From: Macrostomum hystrix
Lineage: Eukaryota > Animalia > Platyhelminthes
Length of the DNA stretch: 64,000 nucleotides
Direction: 5' to 3'
Assembly (NCBI GenBank): GCA_950097015.1
Contig: CATNEN010000039.1
Location: forward strand, 20,150,001-20,214,000
The notes beneath the pieces are model-generated. The model had not been told where the DNA came from, did no database searches, and worked only from the letters and a program-made list of their open reading frames with translations. This document shows positions 34,447-50,400 of this stretch, one piece after another (within the stretch, counting starts at the first letter, position 1; every line of letters starts with the position of its first letter). Made by a program: the position numbers and the translations under genes.

Positions 34447-35502
34447 CTGAGGTGACTCGCGTGAAACAGGTGACGATTTCTTTGGCGACTGCGCTGGTGG
34501 TGTCTGCTGCTGCTGCTGCTGCTGCTCGCTGTAAATGATCTCAGCGTAGTGACCGCTGCGCATCATGTGCAGTGTTAGGTCTGGCAAGGTGCGAAAGCTC
34601 TGCCGGCAGCGGATGCAGCGGAGAATCTCACGAGTCTGCTCAGTCTCAGAGTTGATCCACATGTCCTGGCCGCGGACCAATTTGGGTAGATCCTTCTCCT
34701 TGTAGCCGGCGGCGGGCGAATGGCCGCTGTCAGTGAGGTGTACAGTCAGGTTGATCAGGCTGGGAAATGTGCGGCCGCAGGAGCAAAGAAAGTCCGTCTC
34801 GCGACTGGCTGCGCCGCCGGCGGTGGCTGCGGCTGGCGACGACTTTGGCGTCGGCGGAAGGCCGCTAGACGGGGTTAAAGACGACTGCATCGTCTGTCGC
34901 TTCACTGGCGCCGGCTGCTGGATCGGTTGCGCATGATGTCGCGATGTTGAAGGCGTTGAAGTTGTTGGCGCCGGCTGCGGAATCGGTGGCGGCAGTGGTG
35001 GAAGAGGAAGTGCGGCAGGCGGGGCCATTGGGAATGCGGGCTGCATTCCAAAGAACGGCGGCATCAGCATGGGAGGAGCGCCTCCGGCTAGTGATGTGCA
35101 GTACAAATATTGCGCGTATATCGAGGCTTGCTGCTGCTGCTGCTGCTGTTGCAACTGCTGCAGCTGGTGCATCAGCAACAACTGCTGCTGCTGCTGAGCT
35201 TCAACTAGATTGAGACCGCCAAGCTGGCGCAGGTACTGGAGGTACTGTACTTGCAGGAATTCCAGCCGACGGATGTCCTCTGGTGTTGGACTATTGCTGT
35301 CAGCGCCTGCCGCAGCTGCTGCTGAAGCACCACCGACTGCGCCAGACAGATCGAGCGGGTTGCCGCTGAAATCGGTGCCATCGTCGCCACCGCTGGTGTC
35401 TGGCCGGCTGTCGACAGCTCGCTTCTTTGGCGGCATGGACGCGGAGCCCGATGAAGCGGCTACAAGTGGCTCAGCTGGCGAGCTCTGCTGCTGTGCCGAC
35501 AT
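33256..35502 (-). CDS. tsh: Teashirt/tiptop (TSHZ) family C2H2 zinc-finger transcription factor, 748 aa in one coding exon
   Basis: N-terminal PLDLS CtBP motif; KLVRGQDMW...EQTREILRCIRCRQSFRTLPDLTLHMMRSGHY; DPLSSLQRLV; C-terminal CHYCGKPFANKGQVRLHVSK. These match my recollection of insect Tsh/Tio motifs. Acceptor-like site at 35515. Confidence 0.88.
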
Positions 35503-36439
35503 CCAGCTGCTCTTCTGTTGCGGATCATGTGTGGGTTAGTTAATTAGGTTCAGGTAACATTGTTTGTGTTAAAACTTTAAGTTAGAGTCTGATTCACTCT
35601 TGAGGGTGTCAGATTGCATATCCGAATCACAGATGCCAAGATACTTTCAAATCCCAAGTCCTAAACTTTTTTGTATTCGAGATCCCAGATCCTCAGCAGA
35701 TTCTTATGTCCACAGATCCCCAGGTTCTAATATCCCAGATGCTAGATTCCTAGATCCCGAATTTCGATCCTAGTCTACAAATCCCTCTTTGTGAGATCCC
35801 CAATCCCCAATCCTCAATCGACCCATTGTGAGTGATCAATCGGAAGCCATTGCTTTGGACATGTCAATATCAGTTCGCTCTGCAGATCATGTACGCATAA
35901 TCAGAAAGCCTTCTCCAATGCACTGCAATATTCTGCATGCCTCGCGCATTTAAGATTGTTTTCGGCTCTTGAGAGAAACAGAGACAGACGGAGGGAGGGA
36001 GGGAGGGAGGGAGGGAGGAGGGTGTTGAGAGAGTGGCCCCACTGACTTTTTATGGCCCTGTTTTGACTTGGCGGTTGTAAATCAAAAACTTTTGGTGGTG
36101 GCGGGCGGCGGCGGCGGCCCCTTTAAGACCCAGAAACTGCAGAGAGAAATAGATATGAGTGGGAATCTAAATGCATTACATACACAAATGTTATATTTAT
36201 AATGCTAAATTTAATATTGACCCTGGGTAGACTTTTTTAGAATCCCGTGGCTTGTCTGTGTTGCTGTGTTGCCACCAGAACACTAAGACAAAGCGCGAAG
36301 TTTAGCCAGGGGCCAGTGATCTCGGAGTGCGACCGTAGAAATTGTTGAAGTAGCTCAGAGAATATTCAATAGGTCAAATCTGAGCTACTCGTCATTGTGT
36401 AGGGGTCGGCAACCTCCGGTCCTGAGCACTTTTTCCCAC

Positions 36440-37275
36440 CTACTCTCCACTGTCTAATCTCTCTGCTGTCTCATCTCTCCCGTGTCTAGTCTCTCTCGTG
36501 TCTACTCTCTCCCGTGTCTAGTCTCTCCCGTGTCTAGTCTCTCCCGTGTCTACTCTCTCCCGTGTCTAGTCTCTCCCGTGTCTACTTTCTCTCTCCCTCC
36601 CTCTCTCTCGTTGTATTATCTCTCCCATGTCTCATCTCTCCACTGTCTTATCTCTCTCGTGTCTCATCTCTCTCGTGTCTCATCTCTCTCGTGTCTCATC
36701 TCTCTTGTGTCTCATCTCTCTCGTGTCTCATCTAGCTCGTGTCTCATCTATCTCGTGTCTATTCTCACCCGTGTCTACTCTCTCTCGTGGTCTAATCTCT
36801 CTAGTGTCTCATCTCTCTCGTGTCTCATCTCTCTAGTGTCTCATCTATCTCGTGTCTAGTCTCTCCCGTGTCTACTTTCTCTCTCCCTCCCTCTCTCTCG
36901 TTGTCTTATCTCTCCCATGTCTCATCTCTCCACTGTCTTATCTCTCTCGTGTCTCATCTCTCTCGTGTCTCATCTCTATCGTGTCTCATCTCTCTCGTGT
37001 CTCATCTCTCTCGTGTCTCATCTCTCTCGTGTCTCATCTAGCTCGTGTCTCATCTAGCTCGTGTCTCATCTAGCTCGTGTCTATTCTCACCCGTGTCTAC
37101 TCTCTCTCTCGTGGTCTAATCTCTCTAGTGTCTCATCTAGCTCGTGTCTCATCTGTCTCGTGTCTATTCTCACCCGTGTATACTCTCTCTCTCTAGTGTC
37201 TCATCTCTCCCGTGTCTACTTTCTCTCTCCCTCCCTCTCTCTCGTTGTCTTATCTCTCCCCAGTCTAATCTCTCG
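36440..37275. repeat. Degenerate 16-bp pyrimidine-rich repeat (ctcatctctctcgtgt)
   Basis: Tandem copies with three internal higher-order blocks (36581, 36871, 37216). Confidence 0.9.
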
Positions 37276-38779
37276 ACGTGGACGTGGGAGCTAAGAATGT
37301 TCAATGCACGAATAAAATCCAAAGATTTAAATTATGAAATTCGACTCCATCAAATATACAGTTTCTTGATTTGAGATTGACTAACTGATTTGAGATTAAA
37401 ATCGAAAAATTTAATTTGTTATAATCGGTACAAATTGAAAAGCAAAAGCTGTGAGCACTTTTTAAACATAATGAAAAAATAATCGAGACACAAGTTGCCA
37501 TATAAACTCAGAAAACGAACTATCTAAAGGTTATAAAACTATACTGCTCAGAACATACATTGGCCACTGAGCTGCTTCATAACAACATGGAGAGGCTAGT
37601 CTAGATATGCTCAAATACTGCGCGGCTACTGAGCAGTGTTAACCCCCCCTTTGGTCCACCTTAACTCGCTATTACTCTTGCCAATCCAGTGCTGCTGCTG
37701 CTGCTGCTGCTCTGTATTAGCAGGTTGTCCTACCCGGTTTTCGCAAATGAGGTTTTGGAAAGGGTTCTCCTTGTCCGTCTGTGAGCACGAAGGCCAGGCG
37801 CTTGTGTGTGTGTGCGTGAGTGTGTGAGTACAATTGCTCAAGTGGACAACCAAATTATAAGCAGCTGTCCGTCAATTCCGGGCTGCTGTCAGTCAGTCTT
37901 CGGAGTTGCAATCCCCCAATTTTTCTCCTATATACACCTGAACCACCTCGGTGTCGTGTTGGGCTTTTTTCAACTCAACTTAATTCAAAAAACCGAGAGT
38001 GAGTGCCATGGTGCCTCTGTGTAGAGAGCTATAGAGGCTCACGCGCGAGATGGACAAATGTCGCCAAAGAAAACTGACGGATCAAAAGATTGCCTTCTGT
38101 TGCTTGCAGAACCTTCTGCATCGGGTATCGAGGCTGTGTTGCTGCTGTACTCAACATGCAGCTAAACAGATGATATGAATAGCTTGCACACAACTGTAGT
38201 TGACAACATGAAAGCTAGCTACATGTGTAGGCTGCGAGAAACAGTCGGCGTTGCGGCCAGTGTCTCTTGTCGAATGTTGGCGAATGGACTGGAGAGAAGG
38301 AAAGGGGAAGCTGGAGGATGGGGAATCATCTCTTCCTGCTGCTCGGGCAAGGGGAGAGGGGGGCTCATCAGAGAACTGTCAATCACTGAGGGAGGCGTGT
38401 ATCAGGGCAGCGCGTCTGTGTGCTGTGCTCAGCGAATTGGCTTTTTGAGTTGCTGCAGCGTGGCAGCTATAGAGAGGCTTAGTCTCTTCATCATAATCTT
38501 ACTGCTGCTGCTGCTGCTGCTGTGTGTGGCGCACTTTCTTTTCTACCGAGTGTCCTTTCTTTGGCGGAGATGATAGCTATAGCTAGGCTCTATGACTGCT
38601 TTTGCACAATATTGCCAGCTTCCCGAATCGATGTCCTCGCTACTGTCTGTGATCTCGGTGTCTGGTACAGGTCGTTGGACTTTGGATTGTCACTTGCATA
38701 TTTAAATCCTTAACATATTTTTGCATTGCTATCAAAAATCGTAAAATTTACATTCCCTAAGTGACGCAAACCCAAAACC

Positions 38780-39665
38780 AAGTGACATAAACCCCAAATT
38801 TCACATTCCCCAAGCGACATAAACCCCAAATATCCCACCCCCCAAGCGACATCAACCCCAAATATCACATTCCCCAAGCGACATCAACCCCAAATATCAC
38901 ACCCACCAAGCGACATCAACCCCAAATATCACATTCCCCAAGCGACATCAACCCCAAATATCACATTCCCCAAGCGACATAAACCCCAAATATCCCACCC
39001 CCCAAGCGACATCAACCCCAAATGTCACATTCCCCAAGCGACATCAACCCCAATTATCACACCCACCAAGCGACATCAACCCCAAATATCACATTCCCCA
39101 AGCGACATCAACCCCAAATATCACATTCCCCAAGCGACATCAACCCCAAATTTCACATTCCCCGAGCGACATCAACCCCAAATATCACATTCCCCAAGCG
39201 ACATCAACCCCAAATGTCACATTCCCCAAGCGACATCAACCCCAAATATCACATTCCCCAAGCGACATCAACCCCAAATGTCACATTCCCCAAGCGACAT
39301 CAACCCCAAATATCACATTCCCCAAGCGACACCAACCCCAAATATCACATTCCCCAAGCGACATCAACCCCAAATTTCACATTCCCCAAGCGACATCAAC
39401 CCCAAATATCACATTCCCCAAGCGACATCAACCCCAAATTTCACATTCCCTGAGCGACATCAACCCCAATCACATTCCCCAAGCGACATCAACCCCAAAT
39501 TTCACATTCCCCAAGCGACATCAACCCCAAATTTCACATTCCCCAAGCGACATAAACCCCAAATTTCACATTCCCCAAGCGACATAAACCCCAAATATCA
39601 CATTCCCCAAGCGACATAAACCCCAAATTTCACATTCCCCAAGCGACATAAACCCCAAATATCAC
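38780..39665. repeat. 32-bp minisatellite (caagcgacatcaaccccaaatatcacattccc)
   Basis: About 27 copies; rare variants recur at 160-bp spacing (38821/38981). Confidence 0.95.
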
Positions 39666-42600
39666 CTTCGACAAATCAAAGATGAAAAGAAGGCTTTGCA
39701 TTGCCGGTTGGAATGCAGCCGTAGATTGAGGACTGCAGGCCAGATAAAGAGAGGCCAAGCCCAGTTGCCGAGTTGGGCAAGGGAGGCCTGGGAGAGCTGA
39801 GGCGGCATGCTGCATGGGATGAGGTGAAGTCTGGATGCTGGGAGTCCGCGAGCTTGGCCTCTGAGCAGATTCGCGGGTGCAGTAATTGGGGCAGCCTAGG
39901 GGCCTCCTTATCCCAGTGGCGCAGTGAGAGCCCTTGGGATGGAAGTCATGATAAATGCGTGGTGACAGGGGGGGATGGGTCGGAGGCCGGGCTGGGAGAC
40001 GCGGGCTCTCGGCATTCCGTCACTTGTCAGGCTCCCTTATGCTCAAGACCCGAGCCGCTGTCATCTTCATTCATCAAATTTCAGAATTGTTTAACGCAGG
40101 GGCTGAGGCTCTGGAACTCGGGGAGGCTGGGTGGTCTAATCACATTATTTCCCATCAGAGAACACCCGGCTGCCCTCCCTGTCCCTGGGACCCTCCCTTC
40201 CGTCTCCCTCCTTCTCTCTCCCCACTCAATGAGCAGTCATCAATCAAGTCGACATGTCAGCGATCCTGATCGAAGTCCCTTTCTAGTTCTATGCCTTCAG
40301 AGCCTTCTCCGTCCTCTCCGTCTGTCTCTCTCATTCTCGCTCAATTCTCCTTTTCATTTCCATTCTGCTGTTCGAGAATAGCCGAATTCAGAGCCTGCTC
40401 TGCTTGGCCATAGATCCCAATTCTTAGTCTCAGTGTGCCCGCTGTTGGAGCTGAGATGGATTCTCAAACAGGTTGTCTCTGCATATCCAGCGGGTCACGA
40501 GCCCGCATGACCGCTAAAATGTCCTCGGAGTCTGCAATGCGATTTTTCTCCCCTCAGCTGCCCACCATATATCTATATCTGATTACCTAAGGGATTTTTC
40601 TCCACTTAATCCCACCTGAGCAGTCAATATCCCATTGGGATTTTTCTCCCCACAGGCCTCAATCCCACCCACCTGATCTCCCCATATCACTTGATAGGGA
40701 TTTTTCTCAACTAAATCCCGCCTGAGCGCCCTAATATCCCATTCTCACATGGATTTTTCCCCAGTCAATCCCACCTGAACACCTTGAATGGTCGTGTTCC
40801 TAATTCTGTCCGTTATTAAGGATCATCTATGCGTAATATGCTCATTGTAAACTGAGCATTCGATACAATAGCTACCGACTTAGACTTCGTAGTTTTTGCT
40901 AGTACGTGACTTTTGTTGAAAAACTGTGGTTCTGTTTCCTTCAACAACTGTTTGTGAGCAGTCTGCTTTTTCTGTTCTTGCAAGTAGATACAACTCAGGC
41001 ACGGAAATAAGCAATAAACTATACAATAATTTGAGCAACGCGCTGCTGTCTTAATCTTACGAAAAATCATTTTAGAGTTTGATATCATTTATTCAGAAAA
41101 ATAGTGAAAAAAAACTGCTTACCTTGGAATTTCGTTGTAATTTAGCCTCAGGATCAGAGATTGTCAGTGATTACACAATGTGTTAGCGTAGACTAAAATC
41201 TATTATATAAACACTGTTCATGTGGTATCGTTTGCAGTTTGGACCTAGAAACAAATTAGCATATACACAACTGTTTCACAAGAGCTCTTTGTGTGTTAAC
41301 CTCGGTCTCGTTGGGTCCACTGTGGGCGGCGGCCTCATAAAAAGTCAAAAAATGCGCTTACCACGGGAGTGGAGGGGAGGGACTTGTCGGGCCGGAGGAT
41401 GGGGTGGCGGACAGGAGCCCTGCAGTCGAATATTTATTTATTAATCTGAAATTGTTGGAATTTGACTGGATCTCTTTGGTGTTTAAGGGGAGGAGCCGCT
41501 AAGGTCCGGCCCGCGCTTCGCAACTTTGAGTTTTATGATCGCTCGCGTTCTCTCTCCACCTTGCAGCTGCACCCACCCCGCCTCCGCCACCCCCGGCCTG
41601 ACTCGGCTAAGGGGGACGCGCCCAATAGGCTTCCGCCAGGGGCGGCAAGATCACAAGAAAAATGGAGGCGCAGTGTGAGGGGCAAGGGTGGTGGGTCCTT
41701 CAACTGCGTATTGGGCAGAGCTTTAGAAAGGAGTCAATGCCTAAAATGGCTTGTTTGCAGTTTGCAGTCTGCAGTAAAAGACTATAACAAAAACTAACAA
41801 AAACTAAAGTAAACGAGATATTGTTAGACTATTATCATAGGCTTCTGTAATTGTATAATTTAACACAAATAAATTGATAACAATTGGAATCTTAAATGTG
41901 TCTGGAATCTGGATCAGGTGTTCGAAGTTAAGTTAGAGTTTGTTTCTTTAAGCTAGATCTAGTCTCTTTACCTGCTGATAGGGAGGTCAAGAAATTTTTG
42001 ACAAGGGGAAGTGAAATTTTGGGGTTTTTAAAGCACCATTGTAGCTTGTTGTAGCCATGCAAGGCCCAATATGTAGACTTTAACTGGCAATCTGATTTCC
42101 ATTGTGCGCACAGATTAAAAGCTGCATAATACTCGTAAGGCCTATATCAAATAGTATTTGATCAAATAGTGCAAATCTGTTGAAAGTAGATTGTGCCGTT
42201 ATTTAATCCAATTTTGGAAATTGAACCACCTCATATTTAGTATTGCTGACGCAACGGGCGAATCTTGGAGATTTGAGTAGCAGGACATAATAGTCTATGG
42301 GAATTTTAAGCCATCAAAAAGCTGGTAAGACTTAGTCACAGTTTGCTTTACAATCAAAGTGTACAGGCCGCCTCAATGAATGCTGTACAGTGTACAGAGG
42401 AGAAAGAGAAAGAGAATTCTGCCGCGCCAGCTCGGGGGTCTCGCCACTGCCATTTGACGGATGGCGCCTATAAAACTGACACACTTGGGGCCCCCTAATT
42501 TTTTTAAACCGACCGTGCGCAATTTGAAGCCGCGAGAATGGCGTATTTGTTGTCTGGGGCGCATTTTTGCCTAGCTCTGCTGCTCGAAAGCTGCAGCGGT

Positions 42601-45600
42601 AGTGCGGCGGTGCAGGCGAAAAATAGATTTATAATCAAAGAATAGATTTATGCATGGAAGGTGGAGGCGGCACGCTGTTTGGTCAATGTTTTTTGCGTCT
42701 GGGAATCCTACAATGCGTATGCTTCACTTTATCGCAAACCATAAACTATATTGTACAGTCCATGTGAATTTACGAGTTATGAATTTAATAACTCAAACAA
42801 TGATTGTGTGGTTTCCGACACTACGTACACTTTTTTCTTTCAATTTCAAACAAAACGCTCATTTAAATTAATCTATCTACTCGTATTTTTAACTAGTCAG
42901 ACCAGCATCCAAATACGGCAACCTTGCATTCGATTTCAACGAAAGACATTCCTTTTCAGTAAATTGCACTCAATTTTCAACCTATCACATTTTTCTTGTA
43001 TTGTCAATGGCAAAAATTTGTCGCAGCGTGTGAAAGGTCATTTGATTTGAACATTTTGCACTCAAATTCAGCATTTTGCATTCAATTTAAAAATGGTTTA
43101 AATGTTTATGTTAAAATTTTGATTTTGTATTTATGCCGCATTACTGACAATCTGACAGGCACTGCTGCGAGATCATAACTGCATGGCCATACTCAAACGG
43201 GAGACCTAATTCTCGAGAAAATTGAGATGGAAAATGCTGCTCTGGCTAATATAAATTCACTCCTTGTCACGATCCACAAAGACCAAGGTCACCAAGGACA
43301 CTGCAAATACCAAGAACTAGGTACTTTAGCTAGTCGTCCTTTAGCAAATATACACGTATAAAAACCGTTAGCCGAATAAAGAACCAATGTTATAGAGAAG
43401 TTCGGATAAAAAATGTTAATCTGAAATTATAATTTTACAGCTTGACGGCTTTGCAGTTAGTAAAAAAATAATATAGCTATAGAACGATATAGTTTATCTT
43501 TAATTACTAAGGTATTGTTAGAAGTAGATCCAAACCAAGATCCAAAAATTCAGGGGAAGTGACTGTTAAGTTGATTGGTCTGCCAAGTTGCCAAGTTTTT
43601 TGCACGCCGGCCAGGGCTAAAGTAACGAGCGTTATATTTACTACTGGAGTCTCGTATGTACTTTGGGAACTCGTGTCTTCACTTATCAGATTTTTTTGGT
43701 ATTAGCAAAAATCTATAGATATAATTTCCTTTTTTGCGATTTTTTTCATAAGAGCTTCAGACGCCCAATTAAGCTCTCTTAGTTTTGATCAAGGACAACT
43801 AGTTAGCACGACTAGTGGTTAGGACCACTATTACTACTCTAGCTGTCTTTGCTTTTGATCTGAAGTAAAATAAAAAGTCTAAGTTATGTTGGGGATATGC
43901 GTGCTTGCTAATTTCAACCGTGTTTTGTTTGTTTTTAAGTATAACAAAATAATTACACTCTTACCGGCGCTTGGGTATTAAGGCTTAACATTTAGGCTAT
44001 AGTTTAGCTAAAATAAATAATTCATTATATAATATAGTTTAAAGTGACAAATAATTGTTGATACTTGTTTAAGTTTGAGTTTAGAATTAGTAATTTTATT
44101 TAATGTTGAACTTCTTGCTAAATATAGCTAGGATCATTGGCTGTTGAGTTTCATAATCTATATTATTGTTTTGATAATGTTTGTACCCTAATTAGTAGCC
44201 CAATTTTCTTTGATTTCTTTGATACAATTATTATCATTACATGCGCAATAAAAATGGTGATTTTATTATTTTTTATCGAAACTACGAGTAACAGCAAATC
44301 AAGAACTAGAGTAAAAACGAAAGCAAGAAGGAAGGAAAAGCAAAATAAAAAATCGAAAAGCAGAAGTTTTCCATGTTGATAAACAAAAAGTAGTTAATTA
44401 TTAAACTAGTCCTTATGAATAATTTGACATCATTAGGTATTGTCAACATTGGTTTATTGTATTATTTCATACATCATGTGCATTGTAATACTATTATCAT
44501 CATGTTGTCATGCCAAAGTAAAGCTTAAATCTAGCTAGGGCAGCTGTGCGCTTTCTTTAATTTGAAACACTATTTTTATGAACAATGCTGTTTTTCTGTC
44601 AGTTCTTTTCTTTCTTGTACCATTTAGTATAGGCCTACGCATTTGTCTTCTTCAGTTTGGTTTTCAAAGTTTGGTACAGAGGCAGATAATTCTTGTAAAA
44701 ATGTCTCCTTGCTTGAACTTGAACTGTATGGACTACAACAAAACTTCAAATTTTAGATAAAATGGACTGCATTTTCTATTTCTATGTGACACTTAGTACA
44801 AAGCCTATTGTTGTTTAACTCCATGTCTTACAGTCTGTAGGCCTAATGTTTCACATGATAAATTATAATTTCTTAGTCAACAAGAATAGTTAGAGAGCAG
44901 AATTTTTGCATAATGACTATTATTGCAACTATTTTGTTAGCTAATGCCAATTTTTATTGATATTGGCAGCAATGTTGCAGTTTGTTTCGATAATAATTTT
45001 TACTTTTGAATAGGCCCTATGTGCCAATGTGTCATAAAGTCATAAACAATCAAACAAGTGAACATTAACAAGACTATAACATCGCTCCTTAGTCAGTGTC
45101 TGTGAAACAAGTCTCAGAACTCAAATCCTCATAGGATAGTAATTGTTGACAGGTCATTTGATTGGCCAGTAGGCCTAGGTGGAACTTAGCTAGCCAATGA
45201 ACCATTGAAACTTGCCCAAAAGTGTCTATGGCCTTTTAGGCCTTTTATGACAAGTCGGCAAAAATTTAAACCCTCTGTGACATGTAGAAATATATTCAAA
45301 AGTATAACTAATTATGCAAAACAAAGTGCAACACAGCCACATTGGCATACATGTCAAATATTTTGGCATTCTTTTATTATTGTTTGTTAAACAGTTTTTT
45401 GAAAAGTTTTATTTAAAATCAATGCCAAATCTTCGAATTTCAATTGTTAAGGTTGCTTTTTGCACTTAATAAACTGGGGCTGCTTCTAGGGTTCTATGGA
45501 ACTTGTTTGTGGCCAATGTTTAGTGCAGGGGGAGATAAAAGCAAAATGGTTGACATCTTTGAGAGTGTCTATGGCCAAAAAAGATGAGCTGGTTAGTGGG

Positions 45601-46344
45601 AAAGGAAGTATTAGCACATATTCTGCATTCTGCTAACATGTTCTACTAATTTTCTGCTGTTAACTAACACAAACTTTTAGTATATTAACACCATGCTAGG
45701 AGGCTGCCCAGCAGCACCATATTTTATTTTGGATCCCAAGTCCCTTATTTTTACCCCTGCTGAATTTTGATGCCTGATCCTGCCAAATTTGGACACAACA
45801 TTTGATGCTCATCAAATAATTGTTTCATTGTTTCCCATTGTTTAAAAATTATTTCCCAATGTTTTTGTATCAATTTGAAAAGAAACTTTTCAGAAAAAAA
45901 TTTTAACAAACAATTCTGCAAGAATTCCCATATTTTTTGTATTATAGTGCTCTAGATATACTATGAGACTATGTTTAGCTAGGCCTAGCAATAAATTACA
46001 AAAAAGATATGTATATTTAAGATATTTAAGGGTACTATGATACCTTAAGATACCTAAAATTCAGATACCATTGCTTTAACATATTAAAAGAAATCCAAAC
46101 ATATTTACTTTAATTTATTTTGCTATGTATTTTGTCTCTATTTATAGGTGGGTCAATAGAAAAGTCATTGATGTGTTTGTCTCTCATGCCAAGGCTCTTA
46201 AGCTTCATTTTGCAACAAGGTCATTTTCTAATTAATATAGGGTATAGCCAAAGAGAGAAAGTTTTTGCTTTCAAGGCCAACCTTACAGACCTATGTGATT
46301 ATGTGCCTATGTAGAGTCCAGTATCAGTGGGATATGTGTTTAAG

Positions 46345-46433
46345 AGTCGGCAAAATTGGCCCCTTGCTGGCTGTGGGTCTGCCACCAAATGATTTGTCAT
46401 TGCCTACAGCCCTGTTGTAATTATTATTATTAT
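46345..46433 (+). mobile_element. SINE family A, diverged 3' fragment
   Basis: ggcaaaattggccccttgctggctgtgggtct...cattgcctacagccct followed by (tta)n. Confidence 0.6.
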
Positions 46434-46567
46434 TCTCTATTGATATTTTAATGTGCATACCAATACTGCCATACAATTATCATATTTGCTGGATTATTGA
46501 GAATCTTAACTTACTCGTAGTTATACTAAAGGCCAAAAAGGAAAAAATACATGGTAGCTTTCAATGA

Positions 46568-48180
<1,613 letters not shown>

Positions 48181-48699
48181 AAGTGTCCATGCAAAATTAG
48201 ACTACAACTGCAACAAGCATGTATTCCTTCCTGCACTATTTATCATTGTAGCTAGAACTCTGTACGTGTGTTTGCGTGGTCAAGTTATCCAAGTTCTTTG
48301 CCAATACAAGAAGGCCCCAAATTAACTGGAGTCTTTGTCTGGTTTCTGTTTGTTTACAATTTGGTAAAATAACTACTGATAAGATTAAAATAACTTAAGG
48401 AATTACTTACTGAATCGCAAATATTCAATTCTTTAAATTATCGTTCTCATTAATTTTATTATCAATATGCTTTCGCTTTAATGTGACGTCTTTTTCTAAA
48501 CGTTATTGTTTCGCCGCTTTATTGCAACTATTTTTAACGAAAAAAGTTTATCGTTTTAATTTCCTGCCTAAAAACTCGAGAGCTTTTTTAGTTAAGTGTG
48601 ACAGATTTTATTGATCTACTTTAAGTAGTAGTGCTTTCGGGAATAGAGAGAATGTCCAGTAATAGTTTTTTGCAACGAAATAATGTGGTCAACATAATA

Positions 48700-49044
48700 A
48701 AAATAATAATTGCAGGAGGGCTGCGGGCAATGACACATAGTTTGGTGACACTAGATCCGCAGCCAGCGAGGAGGCAATTCTGCCCATTTCGCTGACTCCT
48801 GAGAACACACGCACACAGATACTGTACGCAGGCAGACGCTCACACAGGTGTGTACATCTGCACTGACTTTCTCATCGTCAGGCAGTGTACACTCGAACTG
48901 TGCCTTGGAGGTTGGCCCTCAAGGGCGTAAATTGCACGACAAGCCCCCAAGCCTTCTCTCCGCGGCTGCGCCCCAAATAAATGTGGCCTCGCCGTAGGAA
49001 TCGAACTTAGGGACTGTGGTGCGAGTGGCAAACGCGTTAACCGC
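48700..49044 (-). mobile_element. SINE family A copy, slightly 5'-truncated
   Basis: Near-identical to 8314-8684. Confidence 0.9.
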
Positions 49045-49599
49045 GATGCGGATGTTTTGGTAGATGCAGAAAAAGGGAAACTGGTCTTTGTGCTGTTAAT
49101 AAAGCCGCAACTTACTCATCTTTCTGCTTTCCCGGCCGTTTTATATTACTTCGCTTTTCCGCTATTGTGGCTGGCCAATTTCGTTTTGTCTATTTTATCT
49201 ATGCGCCGCCTGCACTACTGACAATAAAATGCTTAGTAGTATAATAGTATTGTGAGAATGCAGTGAGCAACGTTGTTCTCGTTGATTGACTGATTCCTTT
49301 GTATTTTGTATATTACTTATGTACAAATTATGAGCAGGAAATTGTGTCTTATCAATTAATCATAATTTTATTATTATTATGCTCACTCCGTTTAATGCCT
49401 ACAGAAATCAATAAGCCGTTAGACTCTGAGCTGTGTAATTACCAAACTTTTTAATCTATTTTTCACAGGAACTAAACAATACAAATAAACTTTTCGACAG
49501 ACTTTTGGCAATCATTAGGCCGTAGACTGTCACTAGACAGACGGAATTTAGAAGTGGGACAAATAGGCTTTAGAAGTAGAAATATGTCATTTACGAGTT

Positions 49600-50400
49600 G
49601 GATATAACAGTGGAATTTGGGAGTAGAATATAGATAGAATTTAGGAGTAGAATATCGATAGAATTTAGGAGTAGAATATCGATAGAATTTAGGAGTAGAA
49701 TAAAGATGGGATCTGGGAGTAGAATATAGATGTGATTTAGGAGTAGAATATAGATGGAATTTAGGAGTAGAATATAGATGGGATTTAGGAGTAGAATATA
49801 GATGGAATTTAGGAGTAGAATATAGATGGGATTTAGGAGTAGAATATAGATGGGATTTAGGAGTAGAATATAGATGGGATTTAGGAGTAGAATATAGATG
49901 GAATTTAGGAGTAGAATATAGATGGAATTTAGGAGTAGAATATAGATGGAATTTAGGAGTAGAATATAGATGGAATTTAGGAGTAGAATATAGATGGAAT
50001 TTAGGAGTAGAATATAGATGGAATTTGGGAGTAGAATATAGATGGAATTTAGGAGTAGAATATAGATGGAATTTGGGAGTAGAATATAGATGGAATTTAG
50101 GAGTAGAATATAGATGGAATTTAGGAGTAGAATATAGATGGAATTTAGGAGTAGAATATAGATGGAATTTAGGAGTAGAATATAGATGGAATTTGGGAGT
50201 AGAATATAGATGGAATTTAGGAGTAGAATATAGATGGAATTTAGGAGTAGAATATAGATGGAATTTAGGAGTAGAATATAGATGGAATTTAGGAGTAGAA
50301 TATAGATGGGATTTAGGGGTAAAATATATATGGGATTTAGGAGTAAAAAGACATGAGATTTAGGAGTAGAAGAAAGGTAGAATATGGGAGTAGAAGACAT
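49600..50400. repeat. 24-bp minisatellite (tttaggagtagaatatagatggaa)
   Basis: About 31 copies, decayed at both edges. Confidence 0.95.

Noticed and set aside
36398-36430. hAT-like terminal sequence taggggtcggcaacctccggtcc
   Set aside because: No partner TIR or TSD found.
42373-42564. ORF MRPRQQIRHSR as the tsh first exon (MPRRKQ-like)
   Set aside because: Similarity is weak and I found no convincing in-phase donor.
39670-42645. TCF/LEF sites (ATCAAAG near 39675, 42353, 42634) upstream of tsh
   Set aside because: Three hits of a short AT-rich word over several kb is near chance without conservation data.
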